From: Syntrophales bacterium
Lineage (GTDB): Bacteria; Desulfobacterota; Syntrophia; Syntrophales; PHBD01
DNA length: 64,000 nucleotides
Assembly: GCA_963668175.1 (NCBI GenBank)
Contig: OY764159.1
Location: 3,104,001 to 3,168,000 of the forward strand
Reading direction: 5' to 3'
The stretch's first letter is position 1, and every line of letters begins with the position of its first letter. A program made the translations under genes and the position numbers. The notes beneath the pieces are model-generated. The model searched no databases. It saw nothing but the letters and a program-made list of their open reading frames with translations, and was not told the DNA's origin. Positions 37,148 to 45,992 of the stretch are shown one piece after another.

Positions 37148-40100
37148 ATGAAAAAGATACCCTCCAAAATGCCCAAAAGACCGCAAGCACATAGAATTGG
37201 TGACCGTGCAGTTAAAGAATTTAAACAAAAAAGTTCTGACTTCTGGGCTATTACAGAATCTGAAAACGATTACGGATGGGACTTAATCATTACAATTAGT
37301 GAATCTGAAGAAGTTAAAGACGATTTCTTCGTTCAAGTCAAAGGCTCTAATTCACCAGACTATATTAATAATCAGAAGTATATCAGCGTGAATCTCAACG
37401 GGAGTACGGTAAACTGGCTGTTGTCTAAGCCTATGCCAACAATGCTATGCATATGTGACACTTCTAAAAAGGGTAAACCAGTCTTTTATACTTGGATTCA
37501 AGAAGATATAAAGAGGATTGCCAAAAATAACCCAAAATGGGAAGAACAGGAGAATTTGGTATTTCATATACTTGTCTCCGAAGAATTATGCGAAGAAAAC
37601 TATAGTCAAATTGAAACTTATGTAAAAGAGTTTTATGAAAACTTAAAAATATCAGCTGCAATTGGAGATATATTACGACCGAGTTTCGGTTACAAAGGCA
37701 ACACTGCCCTTTCAGCCTACACGCAAGAAACAGAACAACATCTTCTTGAAAATATTCCTACTTCTATGAAGGAAACCGGTATCTTTGATGTTTCCGCAAA
37801 CAAGGTACATGGAAGTCGGTTACATGTCCTGTCAGCTCTTGATCAAAAGCTCTTCAAGGAAATCAAAAAATCATCAGAAGCTTTAAAGGAAATGAGATCG
37901 GATAAGGCTAGAGAAATCATCTCGGAGATTGAGGAAGAAATTAAATTAGCCTCACATGTTATCCAAGCACGATTTCATAACAACCTAGGAGTATTGTATT
38001 TACAATCTAGGTCTGAAGAAATGGCTTTGAGAGCATTTCGAAAGGCCAACAAGTTATGTCCCAATGATTTAAAATATCAAACAAATATTTTGATGACAGA
38101 ATACATTCTTCTGACAAAAAGTTCAGATAAAACAAAAGAAGTTTTAATTGGAAGTAATTGGCATAAAAAACTAAATAAAATATTTTCCAAAGATCGTGAA
38201 TTCGCAGGCATTGTTCGTCTGAAGGCAATATCAATTGGCAAAGAAATAAATGCTCAAGCAGCTGAAGACTATATCAGGGCCCAGAAAGTATGGAAAGAAG
38301 AACCAATCGCCGCGCGGTGTGAATTGGCAGATCTTTACAAGGACGAAGGTGATTGGGATAATGCGATAAGGGTACTCAAAGAAGTTGAACAACAAGCGAT
38401 GGGACTTGATGGCTTATACTGGAACTTATACGGAATCTGTATGCTACAAAAAGCATTAGGAGGCATCGGATGGCACGCGTTGAAAGGTATTCACGGGACA
38501 GGACCGAGTCAATTAAATATCAATGACTTAAAGAAATCCGAACAATGCTTGATTAAATCATGCAAGGAATTTGAACAAGTCGGTTTTCCACCACTATCAA
38601 GTATACCAATTATCAATCTCGTAGCCGTTCAGCGTATATTGGGCCACGCACATGACGCTGAGCAATATTGCAGGTCCTTTTTGAGGAAATACCCGAATCA
38701 CGCGGGCGTGGCTGGCGCTATAGCCACATGCGCGATAATGAAAGATGATTTTTCTACAGCTACAACATATTCAAAAATAGCTTATGAGGCGCAGCAAGAT
38801 GATTCATTAGCTTACCGAAACTACATGCTCTGTCTATTCTTATCAGATGACGCAGATGCGCTCATAGAATTGATACTCAAACGGCAAAAGATAGGCTTTT
38901 CAGATTCTAAGGAAAAATCAATATCATTATCTCTTTATGCAACTGCACTCAATGAAATCGGCCGCATTGATGATGCAAAAAAACAAATTAACATCATGAA
39001 GACAAACCCAGAAATGCTCGATGATGCATTCGTGGCTGAAGCGGCTATAGCGCGTAGCAATGGGATGTCAAGAAAAGAAATCAAGCAAATATTTATAGAA
39101 GCTTTAAATTCTAATCCGAAAAGCTCAATTCTTTTAACACATTATTTCGATTGCCTTGCCCCGTCGGAACCCGATGACTCCGGAGAACTCATTAATATTA
39201 TTTCACTCTTAGCAAATAATCGACAACTGTCGCCGTTAGAAGCTTATACTCTCGGCATTTGTTATATGACACTCAATAACGCAGAAAAAGCACTTGAAAT
39301 CTTCGGAAAAGGCAGCGAGAGGTTTCCGGAAGAGAGTAGATTCTTATATGGACAGGCAAGGGCTTTATCACTGCTCGGTAATGATGAGGAAGCTTATTCT
39401 GTTTTGAAGAAATATTTCGATTTAGGGAAAAAGGATTATGCTGTTATAAAAAATTTAGCCATAATGGCGATGGAGACGGGAAGACTTAATGAAGCAATCA
39501 ATTTATTTCAAAAAGCAATTTTAAAATCTCAGAATGCCGATGAACGCGGCGATCTTCATAATCAGTTGTGGGAACTTAAAAGAAGGCGAGGTGATCCGTC
39601 GAAAGAAGTAATACGTCATATTATTGAATATGGCAAAACAACCGGTAATAACCCTGAAAAAGAAGCTCGCTTTCTTATAATGGCTCTTCTATCACCATAT
39701 GGTGAAACGGATGAAGAAGAAAAAGATTGGAATAATGAAATTAGAAGGAGAATTAAGAATTTTTCACAAAATCATCCACGGTTTCCTGTGTTCACTACTT
39801 TTGATATTCCATCAAATCTTTCAAGTGAAGAGTTGGGAAATTACATAATGGCTCAAATCGCCGCAGTGATGCTTCCCAGACAACTTGCTACTGCGCCTTT
39901 GGAGATTGCAACTCGTTCAGTTCCATTTCCTCTGGTTTTCAGAGCTCATTTATTACCTTCTTATGGATCAACATTTAGTTATTGGTCTCATTGCATTTCA
40001 TCAAAAGAATTTTCATCGGCAATACATATCTTTGGTGATTTTAACTCATTAGCGCGAGAAATAGATTATTCATCGAAAACATCCACTATATGTATTGATT

Positions 40101-41254
40101 TGACGGCGCTTCTAACTCTTGCAGAACTAAATCTTCTGAGTCTATTAAAAAATAGATTTTCATTAGTAGTGATCACACGTGGCACGAAAAGATCTATCGA
40201 ACATCAATTATTTCGAGCAGAACCTCCACATCCACTGGCTGTTAAAATCGAAAGATGGAGGCAAGAAAATCGGTCGATCATTCGGATAAGAAATATTCCA
40301 GAAAGCGAAGGACTCGATAAAAATGATCCTGAAACTTACAGAGATTATGTAAGGGATCGAAGTGGCATTTTCCTGAGAAAAGAACCCCCCGTTAATATTT
40401 TAATTGGAGATGGTGTAGGCGAGAGCCTCCTGCTTGCGAATCAGTTAAACATACCTCTTTATTCAGACGAATCCTATATCAGGAATTTGGGCTATGATAA
40501 TTATAGAGTCAAATGTCTATCGACTATCTCGCTCATAAGAAAATTGAGAAATGAAAAGATAATCTCAATACATGATGAAACGATAATCTTCTGTGAAATG
40601 ATAAGGAAAAATTTCAGAGTTGTTCCTTTTGATAAGGATCATTTAAATTCCTCTCTTGAATTTTTATTAACGAAAATGACGAAGGAAAAGAAATTATTAC
40701 CTGGAAAACAAGCGCTATTGGACGATGAGAACCTTGGACTTCTATTGAAACAATTCGGTGATCCATTTTTTAATGAAGCATGGCTAGTGAAGATAGCAGT
40801 ATCCTGGTGGTTATCTATGATAGAAGAAAATACTATCAATGATAATATTCTGACATACTGTATCGAGTATCCAAGTTATGCTTTGTCGATGAGGCATACA
40901 GGATATGCTATTATGAAAGGTTTCAAGAAGAATGAGCAAGAAAATAGACTCGCCCATATTTTTGCGTATTTCTTAGTCCAGACATGCGAACTCGTACAGC
41001 CTCCTATTCGCAAGGTATGGTCATATATAAAAACTTGTTGCGAACAAATATTTTCTTCCAATCAAAAAAAATACACGACAACGCTTTTCGAAATATTGCC
41101 ACGATGGATTTCTTCTGAATTAAACAATAACAGAACTATTAATAACGATGTTAAGTTGTTTAGATTCTTTTTAATTTCAAGTTCCTTTCCTGAAGGAGAT
41201 AGATCACAATTCGATGAAATAGTTAAGAAATATCCCCCCGCATTTATGTCATAA
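37148..41254 (+). CDS. DUF4365-like PD-(D/E)xK nuclease + TPR repeats + C-terminal PIN-like domain; candidate defence protein
   Basis: ENDYGWDL...FFVQVKG; TPR helices (FHNNLGVLY, AYTLGICY, LYGQARAL, IKNLAIMA); ICIDLTALLTL...GESLLLA...LYSDE. AT-rich: one hand-counted line is 35% GC versus 72% for one line of the flanking gene. Confidence 0.8.
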   Translation: MKKIPSKMPKRPQAHRIGDRAVKEFKQKSSDFWAITESENDYGWDLIITISESEEVKDDFFVQVKGSNSPDYINNQKYISVNLNGSTVNWLLSKPMPTMLCICDTSKKGKPVFYTWIQEDIKRIAKNNPKWEEQENLVFHILVSEELCEENYSQIETYVKEFYENLKISAAIGDILRPSFGYKGNTALSAYTQETEQHLLENIPTSMKETGIFDVSANKVHGSRLHVLSALDQKLFKEIKKSSEALKEMRSDKAREIISEIEEEIKLASHVIQARFHNNLGVLYLQSRSEEMALRAFRKANKLCPNDLKYQTNILMTEYILLTKSSDKTKEVLIGSNWHKKLNKIFSKDREFAGIVRLKAISIGKEINAQAAEDYIRAQKVWKEEPIAARCELADLYKDEGDWDNAIRVLKEVEQQAMGLDGLYWNLYGICMLQKALGGIGWHALKGIHGTGPSQLNINDLKKSEQCLIKSCKEFEQVGFPPLSSIPIINLVAVQRILGHAHDAEQYCRSFLRKYPNHAGVAGAIATCAIMKDDFSTATTYSKIAYEAQQDDSLAYRNYMLCLFLSDDADALIELILKRQKIGFSDSKEKSISLSLYATALNEIGRIDDAKKQINIMKTNPEMLDDAFVAEAAIARSNGMSRKEIKQIFIEALNSNPKSSILLTHYFDCLAPSEPDDSGELINIISLLANNRQLSPLEAYTLGICYMTLNNAEKALEIFGKGSERFPEESRFLYGQARALSLLGNDEEAYSVLKKYFDLGKKDYAVIKNLAIMAMETGRLNEAINLFQKAILKSQNADERGDLHNQLWELKRRRGDPSKEVIRHIIEYGKTTGNNPEKEARFLIMALLSPYGETDEEEKDWNNEIRRRIKNFSQNHPRFPVFTTFDIPSNLSSEELGNYIMAQIAAVMLPRQLATAPLEIATRSVPFPLVFRAHLLPSYGSTFSYWSHCISSKEFSSAIHIFGDFNSLAREIDYSSKTSTICIDLTALLTLAELNLLSLLKNRFSLVVITRGTKRSIEHQLFRAEPPHPLAVKIERWRQENRSIIRIRNIPESEGLDKNDPETYRDYVRDRSGIFLRKEPPVNILIGDGVGESLLLANQLNIPLYSDESYIRNLGYDNYRVKCLSTISLIRKLRNEKIISIHDETIIFCEMIRKNFRVVPFDKDHLNSSLEFLLTKMTKEKKLLPGKQALLDDENLGLLLKQFGDPFFNEAWLVKIAVSWWLSMIEENTINDNILTYCIEYPSYALSMRHTGYAIMKGFKKNEQENRLAHIFAYFLVQTCELVQPPIRKVWSYIKTCCEQIFSSNQKKYTTTLFEILPRWISSELNNNRTINNDVKLFRFFLISSSFPEGDRSQFDEIVKKYPPAFMS

Positions 41255-41401
41255 TAATAGGCATTATTTATGTTCTATCTTCTCTTTCCGGATTAATATG
41301 TCATTCGTATAAATAGCACCCAGAAACAATCAACCTTCTTGCCTAGAACGCTATCGTAAATAATTTTTCCGGCATGATTTACCTTGTGGCTTTTCCTACC
41401 G

Positions 41402-42625
41402 CTACACTTCCGGCAGCCCTTTCACCGCCGTAAAGAATTTTCTGAACGGCTGGTAGATGTCTTTCGCGAGGGTTTGGCGGGCGGGGTCCCGGCTTTGCCG
41501 CCAGGCCGCAAGCGCTTCTCCGGCGGTGCTCGCGGCTTTCGCAGATTCAACATACGTCGCCGCCGCAACGGCGGGCCTGTCGTTTCCGTCCAGCAGTTTT
41601 TCAAACCTGCCGCTTATATCGTCGAAGTAATCCTTTAAATCCTTTCCTTCGATCTTTTCGGGCGGCCGGTCCGTCCGGTCGACCTCGACGCTTTTGATCT
41701 CGCCCGGCGCTGCGCTTGCAAAGGCCGCCAGCACCGGGATGACGGCGTCGAGCACGCCCGGCAAGAGCCCTGCGGACTCCAGGCTGACGGCGATCCTGTC
41801 CGGGCTTTTCTGGACGATGTACCGGTCCCCCAAGGTTTGGGACAGAGCCCGCTCGACGGGGAAGAGGTGCCCCCAGCGTCCGTTGGCGAACACGACGGCG
41901 ATCTGCTCGCGCCGCTTGCTTTTCAGGTCGGCCAGATAGGCGACGACCGCTCTCCCGTTCGCCTTGACAAGCTCCGGGGGAACGTTGACCAGGGGGTTGC
42001 CGTACATTTCGATGGTGACGATGTCCGTGAGGTTGCCGATTTCCAGCGGAAGCTCCGCAAGTCGGTTCTTGGGGAGGCGGAGCCTGTTGAGATTCGTGAG
42101 CCTGCCGAACTCCGGCGGCAGCGCCTCGATCCGGTTCGTGCCGAGGTCGAGCTCGATGAGCTTCGTGAGATTCCCGATCTCCGGCGGAACGGTTTCGATC
42201 CGGTTATAGCCGAGGTGAAGCCCCGTGAGGTTTGCGAGGTTGCCGATCTCCGTCGGGATCGCCTCGATATGGTTGTTGTTGAGGTAAAGCGCCGTCAGCT
42301 TTTCGAGGCCGCCGATCTCGGGCGGGATCGTCCCGATCCGGTTGTTGCCCAGATCCAGCACGGCAAGATTTTTGAGGCCGCCCAACTCCTTCGGAATCGC
42401 CTCGATATGGTTCCCGCCCAGGTACAGGTCGGTCAGGTTCTTAAGATTCGCGATTTCCGGAGGGATCGCCGTAATCGTGTTCCAGCCGAGCTTGAGGGTC
42501 GTCAGCTGCGTGAGCGCGCACAGCTCCGCCGGGAATTCCGTCAACTGCTGGCCGTAAAGGGATATGGCCGTCGCCCCTTCGCTGCGGGCCTTGTCGATTA
42601 GTTCGAGAAGATCTTTTTTCTCCAC
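41402..42625 (-). CDS. Leucine-rich repeat protein with unrecognised C-terminal domain
   Basis: Eight 23-residue repeats of the IxxIPPEIGxLxxLxxLxLxxNx type plus a GNPLxxxPPE cap; GTG start. Confidence 0.9.
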   Translation of the reverse strand: MEKKDLLELIDKARSEGATAISLYGQQLTEFPAELCALTQLTTLKLGWNTITAIPPEIANLKNLTDLYLGGNHIEAIPKELGGLKNLAVLDLGNNRIGTIPPEIGGLEKLTALYLNNNHIEAIPTEIGNLANLTGLHLGYNRIETVPPEIGNLTKLIELDLGTNRIEALPPEFGRLTNLNRLRLPKNRLAELPLEIGNLTDIVTIEMYGNPLVNVPPELVKANGRAVVAYLADLKSKRREQIAVVFANGRWGHLFPVERALSQTLGDRYIVQKSPDRIAVSLESAGLLPGVLDAVIPVLAAFASAAPGEIKSVEVDRTDRPPEKIEGKDLKDYFDDISGRFEKLLDGNDRPAVAAATYVESAKAASTAGEALAAWRQSRDPARQTLAKDIYQPFRKFFTAVKGLPEV

Positions 42626-42795
42626 GCTTTACCTTCAATATATCCGGCGTTCGTCTCTTCCGGCAGCGCGGGCGAAATTAACCGACCGCGGCAGGTATCT
42701 CCCGGTCGAAAATAATAGGCCACAGCCCGGCGGAATGCAAACGGTTTCCGCATGCCCGCCGGGTCGCTTCTCGCAACCGGCCGGAAAAAAACAAC

Positions 42796-43371
42796 CTATC
42801 TGCACAGAATGTAATCCCGAACGGCGGGATCGTCGATGACCTGCCGCGTCACCGTATGAATGGCGTAAGCCGCCGCAGTGATACCGCTTATCGCATTATC
42901 CCTGGACTCGTAAGATTTGCTGAAATTCTTCTCCGGGATCGCCACGTTCATCTTATAATAACTTCCGAAGCTCCAGACTCCGGAGACGGACTTAATGTCC
43001 GACAAACTTATCCGGATAACCTTCGAAGATTTGACATCGCTGCGGATATTGCTCCGCTCGTAATTCTTCGCCATGTACAGGGCGACACTGTCCATCAAGT
43101 CCTTGGGAATGATACTGTTGGTAAAGGGCGGTTGTTCGATCGCGTCAAAGTCGTCCGTGCGCGTTTCCGCATTCTCTATCCTTACCGTCGGCGGCTCCTT
43201 GCATTTCGACAGGGAAGAAAGGTCTTGCACCTTCAGATTGTAACTTTTGTACAAATCGTCGATATCCAGCGTCTCGCTGATCGCCTTCGTGAAATGTTGC
43301 GCACAGCCTTGCAGAGAACAGAACAACAGAACGACAAACATACCGAATCCCATCTTGAAAAAAGGTTTCAT
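42796..43371 (-). CDS. Hypothetical lipoprotein (paralog B)
   Basis: LQG-C lipobox; ends YAIHTVTRQVIDDPAVRDYILCR. Confidence 0.8.
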   Translation of the reverse strand: MKPFFKMGFGMFVVLLFCSLQGCAQHFTKAISETLDIDDLYKSYNLKVQDLSSLSKCKEPPTVRIENAETRTDDFDAIEQPPFTNSIIPKDLMDSVALYMAKNYERSNIRSDVKSSKVIRISLSDIKSVSGVWSFGSYYKMNVAIPEKNFSKSYESRDNAISGITAAAYAIHTVTRQVIDDPAVRDYILCR

Positions 43372-43422
43372 CTTTATCCCCCCATTAAATATTGTTCGTA
43401 TGAACTCCGAATATGCTCGGCC

Positions 43423-44001
43423 TCACCTGCAAAGGATATAATCCTGGATGACCGGGTCGTTGATGACCTGCCACGTTGCGTCGTGGACCGCATAGACCAG
43501 CGCCCAATAAAGGTCCCCGGACGACTGCGACGCATAAAACGTGAACGTCTGCTGTTTTTCCGGGAGGAACACGTCGAGCTCGAGGTTGGCCGTGCTGTTG
43601 AACTTGAAGGCGCTGTTGGGGATTCCCTCGACTTTCCTGATGGATATCCGGAGCGTCTTCTTCGACTGCGGATTGTTCAGCACCCGGCATTGCCGGTAAT
43701 TGTCCCCGAGGAAATTGACGATGTGGCCCGTCAGTTCCCGCGGATTCTGCAGCCAGGACGGGCTGTACACCGCGCCGGGTACGATGTTGACGTCCTTGTC
43801 GGCCGTCTCGGCATTGACGAGATTGACGGCGACCTCGTCCGCGCATTTCGCTTTCTCCTTCAGGTTCGGGGGCTGCGTTCCGAACAGGTAACGTACTTCG
43901 GATGGACGCATGCTCCTGTTGACGTCCTCCTTGAAAGTCCTCTGAGCGCCGCAACCGGCCAGCATGACGATGCACAATACGAACAGAGACAGCTTTTTCA
44001 T
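43423..44001 (-). CDS. Hypothetical lipoprotein (paralog A)
   Basis: MKKLSLFVLCIVMLAG-C; ends YAVHDATWQVINDPVIQDYILCR. Confidence 0.8.
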   Translation of the reverse strand: MKKLSLFVLCIVMLAGCGAQRTFKEDVNRSMRPSEVRYLFGTQPPNLKEKAKCADEVAVNLVNAETADKDVNIVPGAVYSPSWLQNPRELTGHIVNFLGDNYRQCRVLNNPQSKKTLRISIRKVEGIPNSAFKFNSTANLELDVFLPEKQQTFTFYASQSSGDLYWALVYAVHDATWQVINDPVIQDYILCR

Positions 44002-44343
44002 TTTCCCCCCCATGAATGCGTTAGGAAATCCTATATCTTCCCCGCCGGTCCGAAAACGGCCGACGGGTCTTCCTTCGATGACTGTTTGACACTATTGCGT
44101 ATATATGCATGAAAAACGGAGCCAAGTAAAAGGTAATTTTCCATATTTACCGATATTACAGCGATGTATTATCATTTATTACAATTCATATCGTTACACT
44201 ATATTGACACTTGCTGCATTTTATGTTCTCTGTCGATTAAACTTATATTTTTTGGGCAGTTTCGATTGCGCGTCGCGTCACGGACGGCAGGGATTTCCTG
44301 TTCGATGATCATTTAACACTTCAACATTCCAGCGGGGGGCGGC

Positions 44344-45081
44344 ATGAAAAAGCGAATATGGATTGTTTTATTATCTCTTGGCCTGCTTTTAACATTATCT
44401 GCGAGCGCTATGGCGGACGAAAAACCCAAGTCCGGCGATTCGCTCGGCCTCTACATCGCGGCCACCGGCGGCGTCACCTTCCCGTCGACCATGTCTACAT
44501 CGATCATCAACACCACGTCGGGTGGCATCATTTTGGACAGGGATATAACCCTGAATTCGGGCTGGTTTGCGGGCGCCAAACTCGGCTGGCAGACATCGTT
44601 CACGAAAAAATGGCTGGCGATCGAAGCGGAATACAATCATGCGGAGAATACCTTCGACTCGGGAACGCCCTATAGCACTTCGGGTATCGATTATAACTAC
44701 GACGGCAAGGTCAAAATCGATTCGGGCATGCTGAACCTCATCGGCCGCTATCCGGAAGGCAAAATCCATCCTTATATCGGCGCCGGCGCGGGGTATGCCA
44801 GCATTCAGCTCGACGAAATCCGCCGCTCGTTTGTCGGCATCACCGTTCGTAATATGGCAGGCGGCTCCAAAGGCGTTTTTGCCTATCAGTTCATGTGCGG
44901 CTTCGATTTCGAACTCACGGACCATATCTACATGGGCGTCGGCTACAAATACTTCATAGCCAACAAGGCCCAATTCGACACGACGATTACTTCACCCTAT
45001 TCAACTTCTTCCGACCCGGGAACGGTCGAAGTGGACTACAAGGCCCACGTTATCGCCTTCACCGTCGGATTCATGTTTTAA
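44344..45081 (+). CDS. Outer membrane beta-barrel protein (OmpA-membrane/opacity-like)
   Basis: Signal peptide, IHPYIGAGAGY, FAYQ, VGYKYF, terminal Phe (VGFMF). Confidence 0.88.
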   Translation: MKKRIWIVLLSLGLLLTLSASAMADEKPKSGDSLGLYIAATGGVTFPSTMSTSIINTTSGGIILDRDITLNSGWFAGAKLGWQTSFTKKWLAIEAEYNHAENTFDSGTPYSTSGIDYNYDGKVKIDSGMLNLIGRYPEGKIHPYIGAGAGYASIQLDEIRRSFVGITVRNMAGGSKGVFAYQFMCGFDFELTDHIYMGVGYKYFIANKAQFDTTITSPYSTSSDPGTVEVDYKAHVIAFTVGFMF

Positions 45082-45103
45082 CTTTCCGCCCGTTGACTTC
45101 ACA

Positions 45104-45133
45104 GGAGCCCTCCCCCGGGAGGGCTCTTTCTTT
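45104..45133 (+). terminator. Intrinsic terminator
   Basis: gagccctcc-cccg-ggagggctc followed by tttcttt. Confidence 0.75.
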
Positions 45134-45295
45134 ATCGAGCAACCGGCAAATCAGGAATCCCGCATCCGACGGCTCCTGCCCGCGTCCTCCGGGCTCGTAA
45201 GCGGCATCGCGATATATCCATTGTTTGAGATTTTCCCGATCCTCCGAAGGCCGCCGCCTGTCTCTCATCTATAGTGAATATTTTTTCCTTTTCCA

Positions 45296-45324
45296 TTGAC
45301 ACATAAAGCCGCCGATTTTAAAAT
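45296..45324 (+). promoter_or_regulatory. Sigma70-type promoter
   Basis: TTGACA-17 bp-TAAAAT upstream of the cytochrome gene. Confidence 0.65.
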
Positions 45325-45403
45325 CATACTTATCAAGGCTTGTTTTCAGTCCGTATCGATTCCTTAACGCCCCATCGACCCACCGCAACGAAAGGAGCAC
45401 TCG

Positions 45404-45793
45404 ATGAAAAAGACGATCGCCCTGCTGTCCATCGCCATCTTTGCAACGACCATCCTGGCCTTCGCCGCCGAGGACGCCAAACAAGAACTGCGTCCGGCCC
45501 AGAAAGCGATGCGGGCCCGTTCCGCCTGGCTGGCGGCCATGAACAAGAACCTTGCGGCCAAAGATTATGCGGCCGTTTCCAAGGATGCCAAGGCCCTGTC
45601 GGAGCAGACCAAGAAGGCCGGCGACGGCCTTGCCAACCCTCTCGCCAAAGAGCTGACCCTGGCTATTTCGTCGCTGGCGGAGGAGGCCGCCGCTGCCGCC
45701 GACAAGAAGGACGGCAAGACCGTCCAGGCAAAACTGGACGGGATCAAGGGCAAGTGCGGCGAGTGCCACGCCAAGATCCGCGACAAGAAATAG
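45404..45793 (+). CDS. Class II (four-helix bundle, c'/c556-like) monoheme cytochrome c
   Basis: Signal peptide AFA, helical Ala/Lys-rich body, single C-terminal CGECH. Confidence 0.85.
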   Translation: MKKTIALLSIAIFATTILAFAAEDAKQELRPAQKAMRARSAWLAAMNKNLAAKDYAAVSKDAKALSEQTKKAGDGLANPLAKELTLAISSLAEEAAAAADKKDGKTVQAKLDGIKGKCGECHAKIRDKK

Positions 45794-45926
45794 CGTCGAC
45801 CGCATTTGACGCATCATGCCGATGAGGCCGCAGTGTGCATATACACTTACGGCCTCATCGTGTTCATTTTTTCACTTCGCTGCCGCCATTTGCGCTGTCA
45901 ACCCATTTCGGCGCGCCACCCGGCAC

Positions 45927-45955
45927 TTGACACAAATCCAACTGGCTGTTAAGAT
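45927..45955 (+). promoter_or_regulatory. Sigma70-type promoter
   Basis: TTGACA-17 bp-TAAGAT upstream of the ankyrin gene. Confidence 0.6.
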
Positions 45956-45992
45956 TACTCTATCCAATGTTCATGTATCCTGTGAGGTGACG

